Positions 39,706 to 50,439 of a stretch of DNA of 64,000 nucleotides are shown here, one piece after another. A model generated the notes under the pieces. It was not told the DNA's origin. It ran no database searches and saw nothing but the letters and a program-made list of their open reading frames with translations. Both the position numbers and the translations under genes were made by a program. How positions within the stretch are numbered: the first letter of the stretch is position 1; every line of letters begins with the position of its first letter. The stretch covers positions 2,048,001 through 2,112,000 of the forward strand of contig OZ220744.1 in the NCBI GenBank assembly GCA_965116925.1, given 5' to 3'. Source of the stretch: Candidatus Poribacteria bacterium (GTDB taxonomy: Bacteria; Poribacteria; WGA-4E; PCPOR2b).

Positions 39706-40101
39706 ATGACATTGCAATTTTTCAGTCCGCCAGAAGCAAAGATTCTTACAGTTCTCATCAAACGCATGGTGGGGACAGATTTCCCCGATGTAGAGCACTC
39801 TCCCACGGTGACAACTATTGATGCTTTCGTTGTCGGGCTACCGTTAAACTTACGGGTGCAACTCCGCCGAGCACTTCATCTCTTTCAATGGTGCCCGATT
39901 TTGTTTGCCGGAAAGCTGCGTCCCTTTACCCGGCTCTCACCACATGATGCAGATACCTATATTCAATCTTGGGCGCAAAGTCGTATTGGGCTACGACGAC
40001 GTCTCTTTCGAGGCTTGCGAGATCTAACATTTCTCGGCTATTACAGCCAATTCGCTGCCGACATCTACCAAACCTCAGCTGACAATCCAGAGAGAAGATG
40101 A
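39706..40101 (+). CDS. Small partner subunit of the GMC oxidoreductase (gluconate 2-dehydrogenase subunit 3-like)
   Basis: FTRLS..W..S..RR....LR...FLGYY pattern; overlaps the GMC start; start codon uncertain. Confidence 0.6.
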   Translation: MTLQFFSPPEAKILTVLIKRMVGTDFPDVEHSPTVTTIDAFVVGLPLNLRVQLRRALHLFQWCPILFAGKLRPFTRLSPHDADTYIQSWAQSRIGLRRRLFRGLRDLTFLGYYSQFAADIYQTSADNPERR

Positions 40102-41699
40102 TTATCCAAGGGCGTACCGTAAGCCAGGATCTTCGCGAAACAGTTGATGTCTGCGTGATTGGATCAGGAGCGGGTGGTGCTGTGGCTGCCAAGGAACTCG
40201 CTCAAGCCGGACTTTCGGTGGTCATACTAGAGGCGGGCGAAAATCATGATTCAACGACATTCAGTCGGCACACGCCGGAGATGATGCTTCGTCTGTTTTG
40301 GGATGGTGGCCTGCGAGCTACCCACGATGGCTCGGTGTTAATCTCTCAAGGACGGGGTGTAGGTGGTTCGACTGTCCATAATCTATGCTATGCAGTGCGT
40401 ACCCCCAACCCAATTTTGGAGAGATGGGAAGCCGAGTTCGGGATTCAGGATCTGTCGCCGAACGATCTCAGCCCTTCCCTCGACCGGGTGGAGGCGACCT
40501 TAGGGGTGAAGCAAATTCAGGAGGAGCAGGTCAACAGGCTTAACGGAATCGTTCGGCGAGGCTGCTTAGCCATGGGTTGGGGTGGGACTATACAGCGACA
40601 CAATCGTGGTCCCTGTCCAGATTGTTCGGCGGACTGTCTGCTAGGGTGTCCCGCTTCCCAACCGGGAATTGGGAAGCAGAGCATGGCGGTCAGCTACATT
40701 CCCCAAGCACTGGAAGCGGGGGCTCGCCTCTACACCGACTGTCTCACCGAAGGGATTGTTGCGGAAAACGGGTGCGTGGTCGGAGTGACTGCCAGCTTGC
40801 TATCAAGGGATGCGGGGCTGCCTAGTCGAGATGATGCGAAAACTGACAGTTCCGATGCCTCAGAGAACAAGCGCAAGCGTGAAGTCTACCGTCTCACTGT
40901 TCGTAGCAAAACAATAGTTCTAGCAGCAGGCGCAATCAACTCGCCGCAACTCTGGTTGAACAGTCGCCTTCCCGATCCGGGAAAGCAGGTGGGACGTAAT
41001 TTGCACCTCCATCCTGCTATCTTTGTAGGCGGTCTTTTCGATGAGGTAGTTGATGCCTATCAGGGCATTCCGCAAAGTTTTTACGTTGACCATTTTCTGG
41101 ATCTGGCGCGTAACCCTGATAGTGGTTATCTACTCATGCCTGCTTTCGGCCCGATGGCACTAGTAGCAGCCAGCATGCCATCCTTCGGGAGAGAACACAA
41201 GGATCTGATGCGTTCTTACAGCAATATCGCTGGACTGCTTGTGTTACTTCATGATCGCTCTTCAGGACGGGTAACGGTGAATCGAAAAGGGAACCCGGTG
41301 ATTCGCTACCGTCTCAATCGCACCGATCGAGCATCATTAATCGAAGGGTTGATACACGGTGCCCAACTTCTTTTTGCCGCCGGTGCAAAGGAGATTACAC
41401 TTCCGTATACGCAACGAATTATTATTAAACGGGAGAGTGACCTTGAGATGATTCGTCAACGCGGCATTGTCGAGAACGATATTCTGATTGCCTCTAGCCA
41501 TCCCCAGGGTACGTTACGGATGGGAAGTCATCCGCATAAAAGTGTGGTAGATTCCTATGGGGAGGCACATGCTGTCAAGGGATTGTTCGTGGCTGATGCG
41601 AGTCTGTTGCCGACTTCAGTTGGCATTCCACCAATGTTGACCATTGCTGCCATGGCTGACCGAATTGCCCGACGAATGGCTGCAAACTGGCTGTCCTGA
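40098..41699 (+). CDS. GMC family oxidoreductase
   Basis: GSGAGG, GVGGST, GRNLHLHP, SHPQGT, DASLLPT. Confidence 0.92.
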   Translation: MIIQGRTVSQDLRETVDVCVIGSGAGGAVAAKELAQAGLSVVILEAGENHDSTTFSRHTPEMMLRLFWDGGLRATHDGSVLISQGRGVGGSTVHNLCYAVRTPNPILERWEAEFGIQDLSPNDLSPSLDRVEATLGVKQIQEEQVNRLNGIVRRGCLAMGWGGTIQRHNRGPCPDCSADCLLGCPASQPGIGKQSMAVSYIPQALEAGARLYTDCLTEGIVAENGCVVGVTASLLSRDAGLPSRDDAKTDSSDASENKRKREVYRLTVRSKTIVLAAGAINSPQLWLNSRLPDPGKQVGRNLHLHPAIFVGGLFDEVVDAYQGIPQSFYVDHFLDLARNPDSGYLLMPAFGPMALVAASMPSFGREHKDLMRSYSNIAGLLVLLHDRSSGRVTVNRKGNPVIRYRLNRTDRASLIEGLIHGAQLLFAAGAKEITLPYTQRIIIKRESDLEMIRQRGIVENDILIASSHPQGTLRMGSHPHKSVVDSYGEAHAVKGLFVADASLLPTSVGIPPMLTIAAMADRIARRMAANWLS

Positions 41700-41915
41700 C
41701 TATGTTCCAATCAACTAACCTACCGATCATATTTCAGAAGTATCTATACCTCAGCAAAAACATCGCTTGGTTTCCGATCGAAACGACTCATGCTGGAAGG
41801 ACACTGACCGGACTCATTCACTACATTCAAGCGTATTGGCGTGAAGACCAGCCGATTCTGTCTTGTAATGCGTATGGACGGATATGGTGCTATATCCAAT
41901 AACTAGGAGGTTTCA

Positions 41916-42968
41916 ATGGAAAAGTTAAAAGTTGGAATTATTGGGTTGGGTGGAATCGCCCGTTCTCATTGTGATGCGATCGCAACACTGGACAACGTAG
42001 AGGTTGTGGCGGTTGCTGACCTCTTTGAGGAAAAACGTCGCGAATACATGGAGAAATACAGTATCCCAAGGGGGTATGAAACTCACACCGAACTATTGGA
42101 GGACGATGAAGTTGATGCCGTGGCTGTTGTCCTCGGTCATCAACTCCATCATCGACTTACCGTAGACTCCTGCAACGCTGGTAAGCATGTCTTGGTAGAA
42201 AAGCCGATGGCAATTAACCTACAGCAATGTGACGATATGATAGCAGCGGCGGCTGCTAACAATGTCAAGTTGATGGTTGGGTATAGCCAGCACTATTACG
42301 CCACAAGTGTAAAGGCGAAGGAGATCCTCGATTCGGGCGATCTAGGACCGCTCATAACCGCGGTGTGCTATATGTCCAAGAACTGGGGGTATTCAGGGCG
42401 ACGGCCGCAATACCGCAGTCGTTACCACGGTGGTGGTATGTGGCTGACCAACGGTGTTCATGTGGTAGACCGGCTCACATGGGTGATGGCGTCACAGGCG
42501 GCATCGGTATCAGCATCTATCGGTGCACGTGCACATTACCAAGCAGGTGATGATTCTGCCACTGCTTTTATTCGATACAAAAATGGACTTGCCGGCGTTG
42601 CTGTAGCCATTGGATACGCCGATGGGGCACCGGACTTCAGTTGTCAAGTCATCTGTGCCAACGGCACGTTGCGGTTCAGTCAACACGGCGAAAAATATGT
42701 CAGAGTAGGCAAGGGAGACAAGTGGGAAGATGTGCCATTCGATGATACGCCGGTTGAGATGCACAACGAATGGAAATTTTTTGCTGAAGCAATTGAAAAG
42801 GATATCGAGCCACCGACGCACGGAGAGTGGGGACGCCATATTATGGAGATCCTATTTGCCGCTGAGCAGTCTGCCATCACCGGTCGGGAGGTAGTGTTAG
42901 ATAGCGGTCTCGGTTGGACGAATCAGACGTCTGGCTCTCCTATCACGATTGATCACGGTTGGGTTTAA
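41916..42968 (+). CDS. Gfo/Idh/MocA family oxidoreductase
   Basis: GIIGLGGI, GKHVLVEKPMA. Confidence 0.92.
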   Translation: MEKLKVGIIGLGGIARSHCDAIATLDNVEVVAVADLFEEKRREYMEKYSIPRGYETHTELLEDDEVDAVAVVLGHQLHHRLTVDSCNAGKHVLVEKPMAINLQQCDDMIAAAAANNVKLMVGYSQHYYATSVKAKEILDSGDLGPLITAVCYMSKNWGYSGRRPQYRSRYHGGGMWLTNGVHVVDRLTWVMASQAASVSASIGARAHYQAGDDSATAFIRYKNGLAGVAVAIGYADGAPDFSCQVICANGTLRFSQHGEKYVRVGKGDKWEDVPFDDTPVEMHNEWKFFAEAIEKDIEPPTHGEWGRHIMEILFAAEQSAITGREVVLDSGLGWTNQTSGSPITIDHGWV

Positions 42969-43042
42969 GGGCATAATGATAGAAGTGTCCAAATGGACAG
43001 AGAGGTGCGTCCGAATCGCTGACGGAAGAAATGGAGGCAAAA

Positions 43043-44317
43043 ATGTCCAATTCAATTTTGCAGGAGAGTTTTGCACGCAGCAATGCAGGTAAAAATGTCT
43101 TTCTACTATCGGAGCACGGTTGCGGTCGTGCCACCGCATACGGCGATTGCAACAAAATTATCACGATTCGGGACAAAACGCACGTAGCATGGCTCGATAC
43201 AATTGCGGAAGGATTTCGCGTGCGTTCCCGGACGCTGGATCGGAACACGAACCGGTGGTCTCCGACATATACCGTCGGAGAGGCATACGATAACCACGGC
43301 GGCCCTGCGTTGACGGTGGACAGTTCGGGATACCTTCACATCGTCTATTACCCGCACCATCATCCCTTCCGATACCGTCGTTCGGTTCGTGCAAACGATG
43401 TATCTGAATGGGGGGACGAAATTGAGTTTGGTGACCGATGTACTTATCCCACGATGGTCTGCGGCTCGGACGACACCCTCTATCTAACAGGCAGAGAAAA
43501 TCGAGGATCTGAACCGTGGTATGTGAACCTTTATATCAAACCACCCAACGCACCATGGCAGGAACCTATCACGGTTTTCCAAGATGATAAGGGTGGGTAT
43601 ATTCGTTATCAGGGAGCGTTGGCGTGGGGCCGAGACCATCGGACGTTGCACACGACTCTCTTGATTTTTGATGAAAACCGATCATACACTGTCGGTTATC
43701 TCCGTACTCCTGACAGTGGCAAAACATGGGAGCGCGCCGATGGCACACCTGTTTCACTTCCTGCCACCCGCGAGACAGTCACGCTCATTGACACCAAGCC
43801 TAGAGATTTGCGTTTCGGGTCTATCGCTGTTGATAGGGAGAGCACCCCTCATATCCTCTACAGTACCTGTCCTTCCTTTGCCATACCGTCCCAAGCATGG
43901 ATTGTGTGGCTGGATGGGTCTGGTAGGTGGTGCCGCCGCTCACTCTCCGACGAACTTCCCAAGGAATGGGAGGGTTGGAGTCTCGCCATGGATGGTGCCC
44001 TCCACATCGCTCCTGACGGTCAGATTTTCGTTGTCCTGGCACTGATGAAGCCCGAAACCGTCAGTGAGGGAAATTGGGCACATAACAGTGCTGAGATCAT
44101 TGGGTTGCACGCCCCGGATATCGGTAGCAAGTTCACCATTGAGTTGCTTTCCAAACCCGATATGACAGTTCCACATTGGCTTCCAACCTTGGAACGTCCC
44201 ACAGGACACAACCGCGTCGACGTCCCTAGCGTGATGTATACTGACGGCGTAGCGGGTGAGGGGTGTCATGATATTCTTTCCAACGGTGTTTATTGGATGG
44301 ACATGCAACCACGGTGA
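43043..44317 (+). CDS. BNR/Asp-box repeat beta-propeller protein (BNR_4-like)
   Basis: DNHGGPAL..D..GYLH, TYP, TPDSGKTW. Confidence 0.75.
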   Translation: MSNSILQESFARSNAGKNVFLLSEHGCGRATAYGDCNKIITIRDKTHVAWLDTIAEGFRVRSRTLDRNTNRWSPTYTVGEAYDNHGGPALTVDSSGYLHIVYYPHHHPFRYRRSVRANDVSEWGDEIEFGDRCTYPTMVCGSDDTLYLTGRENRGSEPWYVNLYIKPPNAPWQEPITVFQDDKGGYIRYQGALAWGRDHRTLHTTLLIFDENRSYTVGYLRTPDSGKTWERADGTPVSLPATRETVTLIDTKPRDLRFGSIAVDRESTPHILYSTCPSFAIPSQAWIVWLDGSGRWCRRSLSDELPKEWEGWSLAMDGALHIAPDGQIFVVLALMKPETVSEGNWAHNSAEIIGLHAPDIGSKFTIELLSKPDMTVPHWLPTLERPTGHNRVDVPSVMYTDGVAGEGCHDILSNGVYWMDMQPR

Positions 44318-44444
44318 TGATCTGTTTTCTCACGTTTTCGTAGGAAAGATCTCCCCTTGAAAAAAGCAGGTTAGGAGAAGTAATGGAGATCGCGGATATT
44401 TCTCAATTGATTAAATCAAGGCAGGTGGTGACAGGAAATTTACG

Positions 44445-45641
44445 GTGCACAAAAGCGGTCAAAAAAGTATCTATCAGATATTAACCCCCATTCTGTTTCT
44501 TACTGGGATTCTCTTTTTTACGTTTCTTTCGCGGGTTGTTTTTTCACCGCTGCTGGTGCTAATTGAGGAAGAGCTTCACCTATCCCATGCGAAATCGGGA
44601 AGTCTGTTTCTCCTCATCTCTATCGGATTTGCTCCGGTAATGTTGGGGTCAGGTTTTGTCTCTCAAAGGCTTACACATCGGGGGACAATCCTGCTTTCGT
44701 CAATAACGTGTGGGTTGGCAGTTCTTCTAATCGCTTTCAACCCTTCGCTGATGGGCATTCAAATCGGTATGGTCGTACTTGGCGTGGGATCTGGACTCTA
44801 TTTTCCATCGGCGATGGCGACGATGACCCGTTTGGTCGGTCCTGAACATTGGGGAAAAGCGATTTCGCTGCATGAGGCGGGACCTACGATGGGATATGTT
44901 CTCGCACCTATGGTTGCCGAATTGGGGTTAAGTTTTACATCGTGGCGGGGTGTCCTAATAATTGTTGGTGTTGCAGGTTTAATGATGGCTGCGATATTCG
45001 CGCTATTTGGCAAGGGCGGCAGATTTGCCGGTGAGCCTCCACGCTTAGATAACGTCGGAGAAATCTTTCGTCAGCCCTCATTTTGGGTGATCGCTATCTT
45101 GATGAGTTTGGCTTGCGGGGCGAGCGTCGGGGTTTACGCAATTCTACCAGTCTATCTTATCAGCGAACAGGGACTAGACCAAGGCTTGGTGAATACCCTC
45201 GTAGGGCTCTCACGGCTATCTGGGCTTGTTGCTGTTTTTCTTGCCGGCTGGTTAGCGGATCGCTTTGGCGCGAAGCGGGTCATGGGAGGGATTTATACCG
45301 CAACCGCTATTTTGACAGGACTGATGGGTTTTGACCAGAAGATTATCCTACTGATTGTGGTATTTCTCCAACCGGCGGTCGTTGCTGCTTTCTTCCCGGT
45401 TGGGCTGTTGGGGCTGGCAAACGTGGGACCTCCCCGCACTCGAAACGTTGCCGTCTCGTTGATGATTCCCTTTGTTTACCTGTTTGGTGCTGGAGTTGTC
45501 CCTGCTGGTATGGGGATCATGGGGGAATACTACGGATTTGCGCTTGGCTTTCTTTTGATGGGAGGGATGCTGTTAGCTAGCTTATGTCTCCTACTGTTTT
45601 TGCGTGACCAGCCAGAACCTGTGCCCGATCTTAGTAGATAG
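44445..45641 (+). CDS. MFS transporter
   Basis: About 12 TM segments, GWLADRFG. Confidence 0.88.
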   Translation: MHKSGQKSIYQILTPILFLTGILFFTFLSRVVFSPLLVLIEEELHLSHAKSGSLFLLISIGFAPVMLGSGFVSQRLTHRGTILLSSITCGLAVLLIAFNPSLMGIQIGMVVLGVGSGLYFPSAMATMTRLVGPEHWGKAISLHEAGPTMGYVLAPMVAELGLSFTSWRGVLIIVGVAGLMMAAIFALFGKGGRFAGEPPRLDNVGEIFRQPSFWVIAILMSLACGASVGVYAILPVYLISEQGLDQGLVNTLVGLSRLSGLVAVFLAGWLADRFGAKRVMGGIYTATAILTGLMGFDQKIILLIVVFLQPAVVAAFFPVGLLGLANVGPPRTRNVAVSLMIPFVYLFGAGVVPAGMGIMGEYYGFALGFLLMGGMLLASLCLLLFLRDQPEPVPDLSR

Positions 45642-45765
45642 AGGAAAGCCTATCAGTGTAGCAGTTAGATATGAGCATACGATATTTCTACATGGAGTAG
45701 ATATTGTAAATCTTTATCGGTATCGGTAGATACAGAAAACCAATGCCGAAATGAGGTCAGAAACG

Positions 45766-46893
45766 ATGAAGATTCGACATATTCAAGCCTTTCCGCTTGC
45801 CTATCCAGAGCCACATTACAAAGGCATTGAACGGTATATCACGCTTGCCCGCGTAGAGACAGAAGATGGGGTGGTCGGTTGGGGGGAATGTATTTCACAG
45901 TTCCGGGAGGCGGCACTGGCAACCAAGATCATTATTGAGCAGGGGCTTGCACCCTTGCTTATCGGTGAGGATGCGATAGATGTAGACCGGCTCTGGCACA
46001 TAATGCAGTCCCGTATCTGGTGGTATGGACCTGAAGGGATTGCTGCCTTCGGGGTGAGTGCCTTGGATATGGCACTCTGGGATGTGAAAGGGAAAGCACT
46101 GGGCTTGCCCGTTTGCCGATTGCTAGGAGGACAGTTGCACGACAAAGTCGTTGCGATGGCGTCCTTTATCTTTGATATGGAAGATTTTGACTGGACGCTC
46201 AATGAATTTCGTTTTCTCAAGGAGGCGGGATATCAGGTTGTCAAAGCTGGCTGGGGTATGCGACCGGAGGCACTCTTCGGTCAAAATCGGCAGCGCGACA
46301 TTGAAATTGTCCGACGGGTGCGAGAGGTTATCGGCGATGACTTGGAACTAATTGTTGATACACCTGGGCATCACCGTCTCTGGGACGTTCCGACCGCGAT
46401 TCAGCGTTTCCGAGACCTGGAGCCGTATCGACTTCGATGGATTGAGCAGCCACTGCCGCCTCACGACCTTGAAGGACATGCCCGACTCCGGGCAGCGGTT
46501 GCCACTCCCATCGGCACGGGTGAGGATGAGTGGAACGTCGAGAGTTACCGGCGTCTGATTCAGTCAGGGGGTATTGACGTGGTGCAGATAGACCCTGGTC
46601 GTTGCCACGGCATCACCGGTTCTCTCCACGTCATCAAACTTATCGAGGCAGAAAGTCTGGAGTTCAGCTTTCACACGTGGAGCAGTGCGCTTAACACGGC
46701 TGCTAGCCTACACCTGCTTGCCGGTTCGACACATGGTGTGGCAATGGATTTCAAGCCGCATGAATCACCAATGCAACACGAATTGGTCAGCGATCCATGG
46801 GTTCAGGAAGATGGTTATCTCACCGTGCGGGAAACCCCTGGCTTGGGGGTTCAGGTACGCGAAGATACTGTACAGAAATATTTATTTAGCTGA
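45766..46893 (+). CDS. Mandelate racemase/muconate lactonizing enzyme family protein
   Basis: DMALWDVKGK, WIEQP, GEDE, PGLG. Confidence 0.9.
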   Translation: MKIRHIQAFPLAYPEPHYKGIERYITLARVETEDGVVGWGECISQFREAALATKIIIEQGLAPLLIGEDAIDVDRLWHIMQSRIWWYGPEGIAAFGVSALDMALWDVKGKALGLPVCRLLGGQLHDKVVAMASFIFDMEDFDWTLNEFRFLKEAGYQVVKAGWGMRPEALFGQNRQRDIEIVRRVREVIGDDLELIVDTPGHHRLWDVPTAIQRFRDLEPYRLRWIEQPLPPHDLEGHARLRAAVATPIGTGEDEWNVESYRRLIQSGGIDVVQIDPGRCHGITGSLHVIKLIEAESLEFSFHTWSSALNTAASLHLLAGSTHGVAMDFKPHESPMQHELVSDPWVQEDGYLTVRETPGLGVQVREDTVQKYLFS

Positions 46894-46905
46894 GAGCGTT
46901 TACAG

Positions 46906-47865
46906 ATGAGTTCACATGTCGTCGGTATCGACATCGGTGGAACAAAACTTGCCACGGTTGTCGCTGATAAAGATGGAAATATACTTCAAAAGGTGCGTAA
47001 GCCGACCGAATCAGAGAGGGGCCCTCGTCATGCAGTACAGCTGCTTCTGCAGATGGTTAATGAGGTGATCGATTTGGGGGGATTGCGGCGCGAAGACATC
47101 TCCGGGATTGGTGTAAGCTGCGGTGGCCCCCTCGACACGAAAACTGGTATTATCTATTCTCCGCCAAATCTGCCGGGGTGGGATGCACTGCCGTTGAAGG
47201 AGATGATTGAGTCAGAGTACCATATTCCTACCATCATTGAGAATGATGCAAATGCTAGCGCACTTGCGGAAGCGCGATTTGGAGGTGGACGTGGCTACGA
47301 CTATGTCCTCTATATGACAATGAGTACAGGCATCGGCGGCGGCATCGTTGCAAATGGAAAAATCTATCACGGTGCGAATGACAGCGCAGGGGAGGTTGGG
47401 CATCAGATCTTGCTCCCCGACGGTCCCCTCTGTGGGTGTGGTCAGTATGGGTGTCTGGAAGCCTTGTGTTCAGGACCTGCCATTGCGCGTCGTGCACAGG
47501 GGGCGATTACGGATCAACCTCATACGAGAATTCTAGTGCTCGCGGACGGGCAGATTGATCGCGTCAGATCGGAGCATGTGCTCCAAGCTGCGCGGGATGG
47601 TGATGCGTTGGCAATCGCTTTAGTGGAAGAGACAGCGTACTACATGGGTTGGGGGATTGCGAATCTCGTCAATATCTTAAACCCCCAAATCGTTTTACTC
47701 GGAACAATTGCGGTTGCTGCCGGTGACTTGCTACTAGACCCAATTCGACGCACCGTAACGGAAATGGCAATGCAACGTCCCTTGGAATCTGTTAAAATTA
47801 TGCCAGCGGAATTGGGTAATTCCATCGGTGACCTTGCTGCAATTTCGTTGGTAATTGACAGTTAG
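46906..47865 (+). CDS. ROK family sugar kinase
   Basis: GIDIGGTK, ENDANA, STGIGGG, GEVGH, CGCGQYGCLE. Confidence 0.92.
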   Translation: MSSHVVGIDIGGTKLATVVADKDGNILQKVRKPTESERGPRHAVQLLLQMVNEVIDLGGLRREDISGIGVSCGGPLDTKTGIIYSPPNLPGWDALPLKEMIESEYHIPTIIENDANASALAEARFGGGRGYDYVLYMTMSTGIGGGIVANGKIYHGANDSAGEVGHQILLPDGPLCGCGQYGCLEALCSGPAIARRAQGAITDQPHTRILVLADGQIDRVRSEHVLQAARDGDALAIALVEETAYYMGWGIANLVNILNPQIVLLGTIAVAAGDLLLDPIRRTVTEMAMQRPLESVKIMPAELGNSIGDLAAISLVIDS

Positions 47866-47953
47866 CGTGGAAGGAATCGGTTTAACCAGTGCTGACAAAA
47901 ACCAATTTCGCAGAACTATACACTATCTGACTGAAATTTGGAGATGATGATTC

Positions 47954-48532
47954 ATGGATCGTATACAAGAGTATATTTCACATCTACAGGGTGTGTTGGA
48001 ACGTCTTTCTTTAGCCGATGTTCGCCAATCTATCGATCTTGTGATGGAGACATATCAGGCGGATCGGCAAATTTTCGTCATCGGCAACGGCGGCAGCGCG
48101 TCTACTGCGTCACACATTGCCACTGATTTGGGTAAAGGAGCAAGTGTACCCGGAGTGCGTCGCTTTCGGGTGATTAGTCTAACCGATAATGTTGCCACAA
48201 TGACGGCGTGGTCAAACGATGTGTGTTATGAAGATGTGTTTGTTGAGCAACTCAAAAACTTGGTCAATCCGGGCGATTTGGTGATTGCCATCAGCGCGAG
48301 CGGTAACTCTGAAAACGTCATTCGGGCGATCTACCACGCTAAGGCTATTGGTTGTAAAACCATCGGTTGGACAGGGTTCGGCGGCGGAAAGCTCCGGGAG
48401 ATGACGGATGTCAGTGTTGTTGTGGACAGCCATGACTACGGACCTGTTGAAGATGTGCACCTCATCCTCAACCATATCCTTCATTCTTGGATTCGGAAAG
48501 AGCTTACAGATTCAGAATTGAAGTTGGATTAG
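47954..48532 (+). CDS. SIS domain phosphoheptose isomerase (GmhA-like)
   Basis: GNGGSA, SASGNSEN, VEDVH. Confidence 0.85.
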   Translation: MDRIQEYISHLQGVLERLSLADVRQSIDLVMETYQADRQIFVIGNGGSASTASHIATDLGKGASVPGVRRFRVISLTDNVATMTAWSNDVCYEDVFVEQLKNLVNPGDLVIAISASGNSENVIRAIYHAKAIGCKTIGWTGFGGGKLREMTDVSVVVDSHDYGPVEDVHLILNHILHSWIRKELTDSELKLD

Positions 48533-48557
48533 GATAAAAACAGAAAGGAGACAGCAC

Positions 48558-49457
48558 GTGCAATATAGGAAACTTGGACGCACAGAGCTAGAGGTGTCGG
48601 AACTCGGTTTCGGGGCATGGCACATCGGTTGGACACCGCCGCAAGAGGGAGATGAAGTCGGACAGCTTCTGAATCGCGCGCTTGATGCTGGTGTCAATTT
48701 TATTGATTCATCGGCGGCGTATCGTTGGAGCGAAGAACTGATTGCCAAGTACATCGGTCATCGTCAAGATGAGTTTTATTTCGCCACCAAGTGTGGATCA
48801 TGGCGGGTGCAGCAACCAGATGGTGAATGGGTACAAACCTTGGACTACTCCGCCAAAGCTATTGAGCCGCAGATTGACCGGAGCCTGCAGCGACTGAAGA
48901 CGGACTGTATTGATATCATGCAACTGCACAGTCCCAAGTATGATGATGTCGCTTTCGGCGACGGGTTGGAAGGACTCAAGAAGGCGCAGAAAGCAGGGAA
49001 AATTCGATTTGTCAGCCTATCTGCGGACGGGGATACTGCGCTCAAGGCAATTGAGATTGGTGAGTACGATACGCTGCAGCTCACCTACAATGTGCTGCAG
49101 CAGGACCCCGCGGAAGTCATTGCTGCCGCACGCGAAAAGGATATGGGCATCATCATCAAAGGTCCAATTGCGAATGCCATTTATGAACAATCACATCCTG
49201 ATGAAAGCAACGCCAAGACGTGGTACAACGCCCGGAAGATTCTTGCCCCGGAGGTGATAGGCGATATGTCCCGCGTAGAGGCTTCACTGCGGTGGCTGCT
49301 CTGCGATTCAGATGTTCACACCGCCATTGTTGGCACAACCAACATCGATCACTTTGAGGATAATCTCGCCGCTACAGAGCGCGGTCGGTTACCTGACGAG
49401 ATGCTATCGGAAATTAGAAGTCGGTTTGAACAGGTAAGGGCGGAGGGTGTTGAATAG
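48558..49457 (+). CDS. Aldo/keto reductase
   Basis: YRKLGRT, GVNFIDS, ATKCG, SLQRLKTDCIDIMQLH. Confidence 0.92.
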   Translation: MQYRKLGRTELEVSELGFGAWHIGWTPPQEGDEVGQLLNRALDAGVNFIDSSAAYRWSEELIAKYIGHRQDEFYFATKCGSWRVQQPDGEWVQTLDYSAKAIEPQIDRSLQRLKTDCIDIMQLHSPKYDDVAFGDGLEGLKKAQKAGKIRFVSLSADGDTALKAIEIGEYDTLQLTYNVLQQDPAEVIAAAREKDMGIIIKGPIANAIYEQSHPDESNAKTWYNARKILAPEVIGDMSRVEASLRWLLCDSDVHTAIVGTTNIDHFEDNLAATERGRLPDEMLSEIRSRFEQVRAEGVE

Positions 49458-49559
49458 GAATTATCACACATCTGAAACTTAAAGAAAGGAACGCAAGGAT
49501 GCAAAGAAAAAAAAATAAAAAAACCTTGTGCCTTTGCGTCTTTGCGTTAAAATAACAAT

Positions 49560-50423
49560 ATGCTACGATATGTTTTTGCCGTGATGTTTTTTGTATTGAC
49601 AGCGTCCATCTCGCACGGCTTGAAGGTGGGTGATAGTGCTTTAGAAACTACCTTCACGTCCGGTGACAAGCAGCTTAAATTCGCTGATTTTCATGGGAAA
49701 TCCAACCTCATCGTTGTAGGAGATGCAGCGAAGTACCCACAATTTATTTCCCAGCTGGAGCGGAAAGCAGAAGAATTCAAAACTGCGTATGACGCAACAA
49801 TCTTGCGTGTACAAGAGGAGATTGGAATCTTTGTCATTGATAAGTCGGGATATGTGCGTTGGAAGTTTCTCGCTGATGTTGGTCTGGCACAGTCTGCAAT
49901 TGGAAAACTCGAATCTGAGTTGGTAAAGCTCAAACGCGATAGTCCATTGCCGATTGGTTCACCGGCACCGGATTTTCGGCTCGTGGATGCAGAAAGTGGC
50001 CTCCTTTTCAGCCTTTCCACATACAAAGAGAAAAAGCATGTATTGGTTACGCTGTTGTTGCAAACCTACTGACCACATTGTGCCAATTTTACGTCGCAGT
50101 TTGCGACGAATCGTCAGTTATTGGATGAGAAGTATGATACCGTTGTTGTTGCTATCAAACCCGAACCGAAACCGGTTGTCTTTCGCTTCAAGGACCCGGT
50201 AACAATGGACGTGCCGCTGTTAGCCGATCCCGGATCCTCTATTCATGAAGCATACGGAATTGTTAAACCGTATCGCTTTCACAACCGGGATATGTATCTA
50301 CCGGCAACACTCCTCATTGACAAACAGGGCATTTTGAGGTGGATGTATATTGGGGTGAAAAACTCGGACCGCCCTAGTTTGGATTCGATTGTCGAACAAC
50401 TTGAAAAATTGAACACCGAATGA
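49560..50423 (+). CDS. Selenocysteine-containing AhpC/TSA (peroxiredoxin-like/redoxin) exported protein with UxxC motif
   Basis: ORFs 49560-50072 and 50121-50423 are in the same frame; TGA at 50070-50072 reads TY-U-PHC; hairpin CGTCGCA-GTT-TGCGACG follows. Confidence 0.8.
50090..50108 (+). promoter_or_regulatory. Putative bacterial SECIS hairpin
   Basis: CGTCGCAGTTTGCGACG stem-loop about 19 nt after the UGA, with G in the apical loop. Confidence 0.65.
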
Positions 50424-50439
50424 ATCGTAGGAGTATACC

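Noticed and set aside
41702..41902. 66-aa ORF between GMC and Gfo/Idh/MocA
   Set aside because: No RBS or recognisable motif; probably intergenic or promoter DNA
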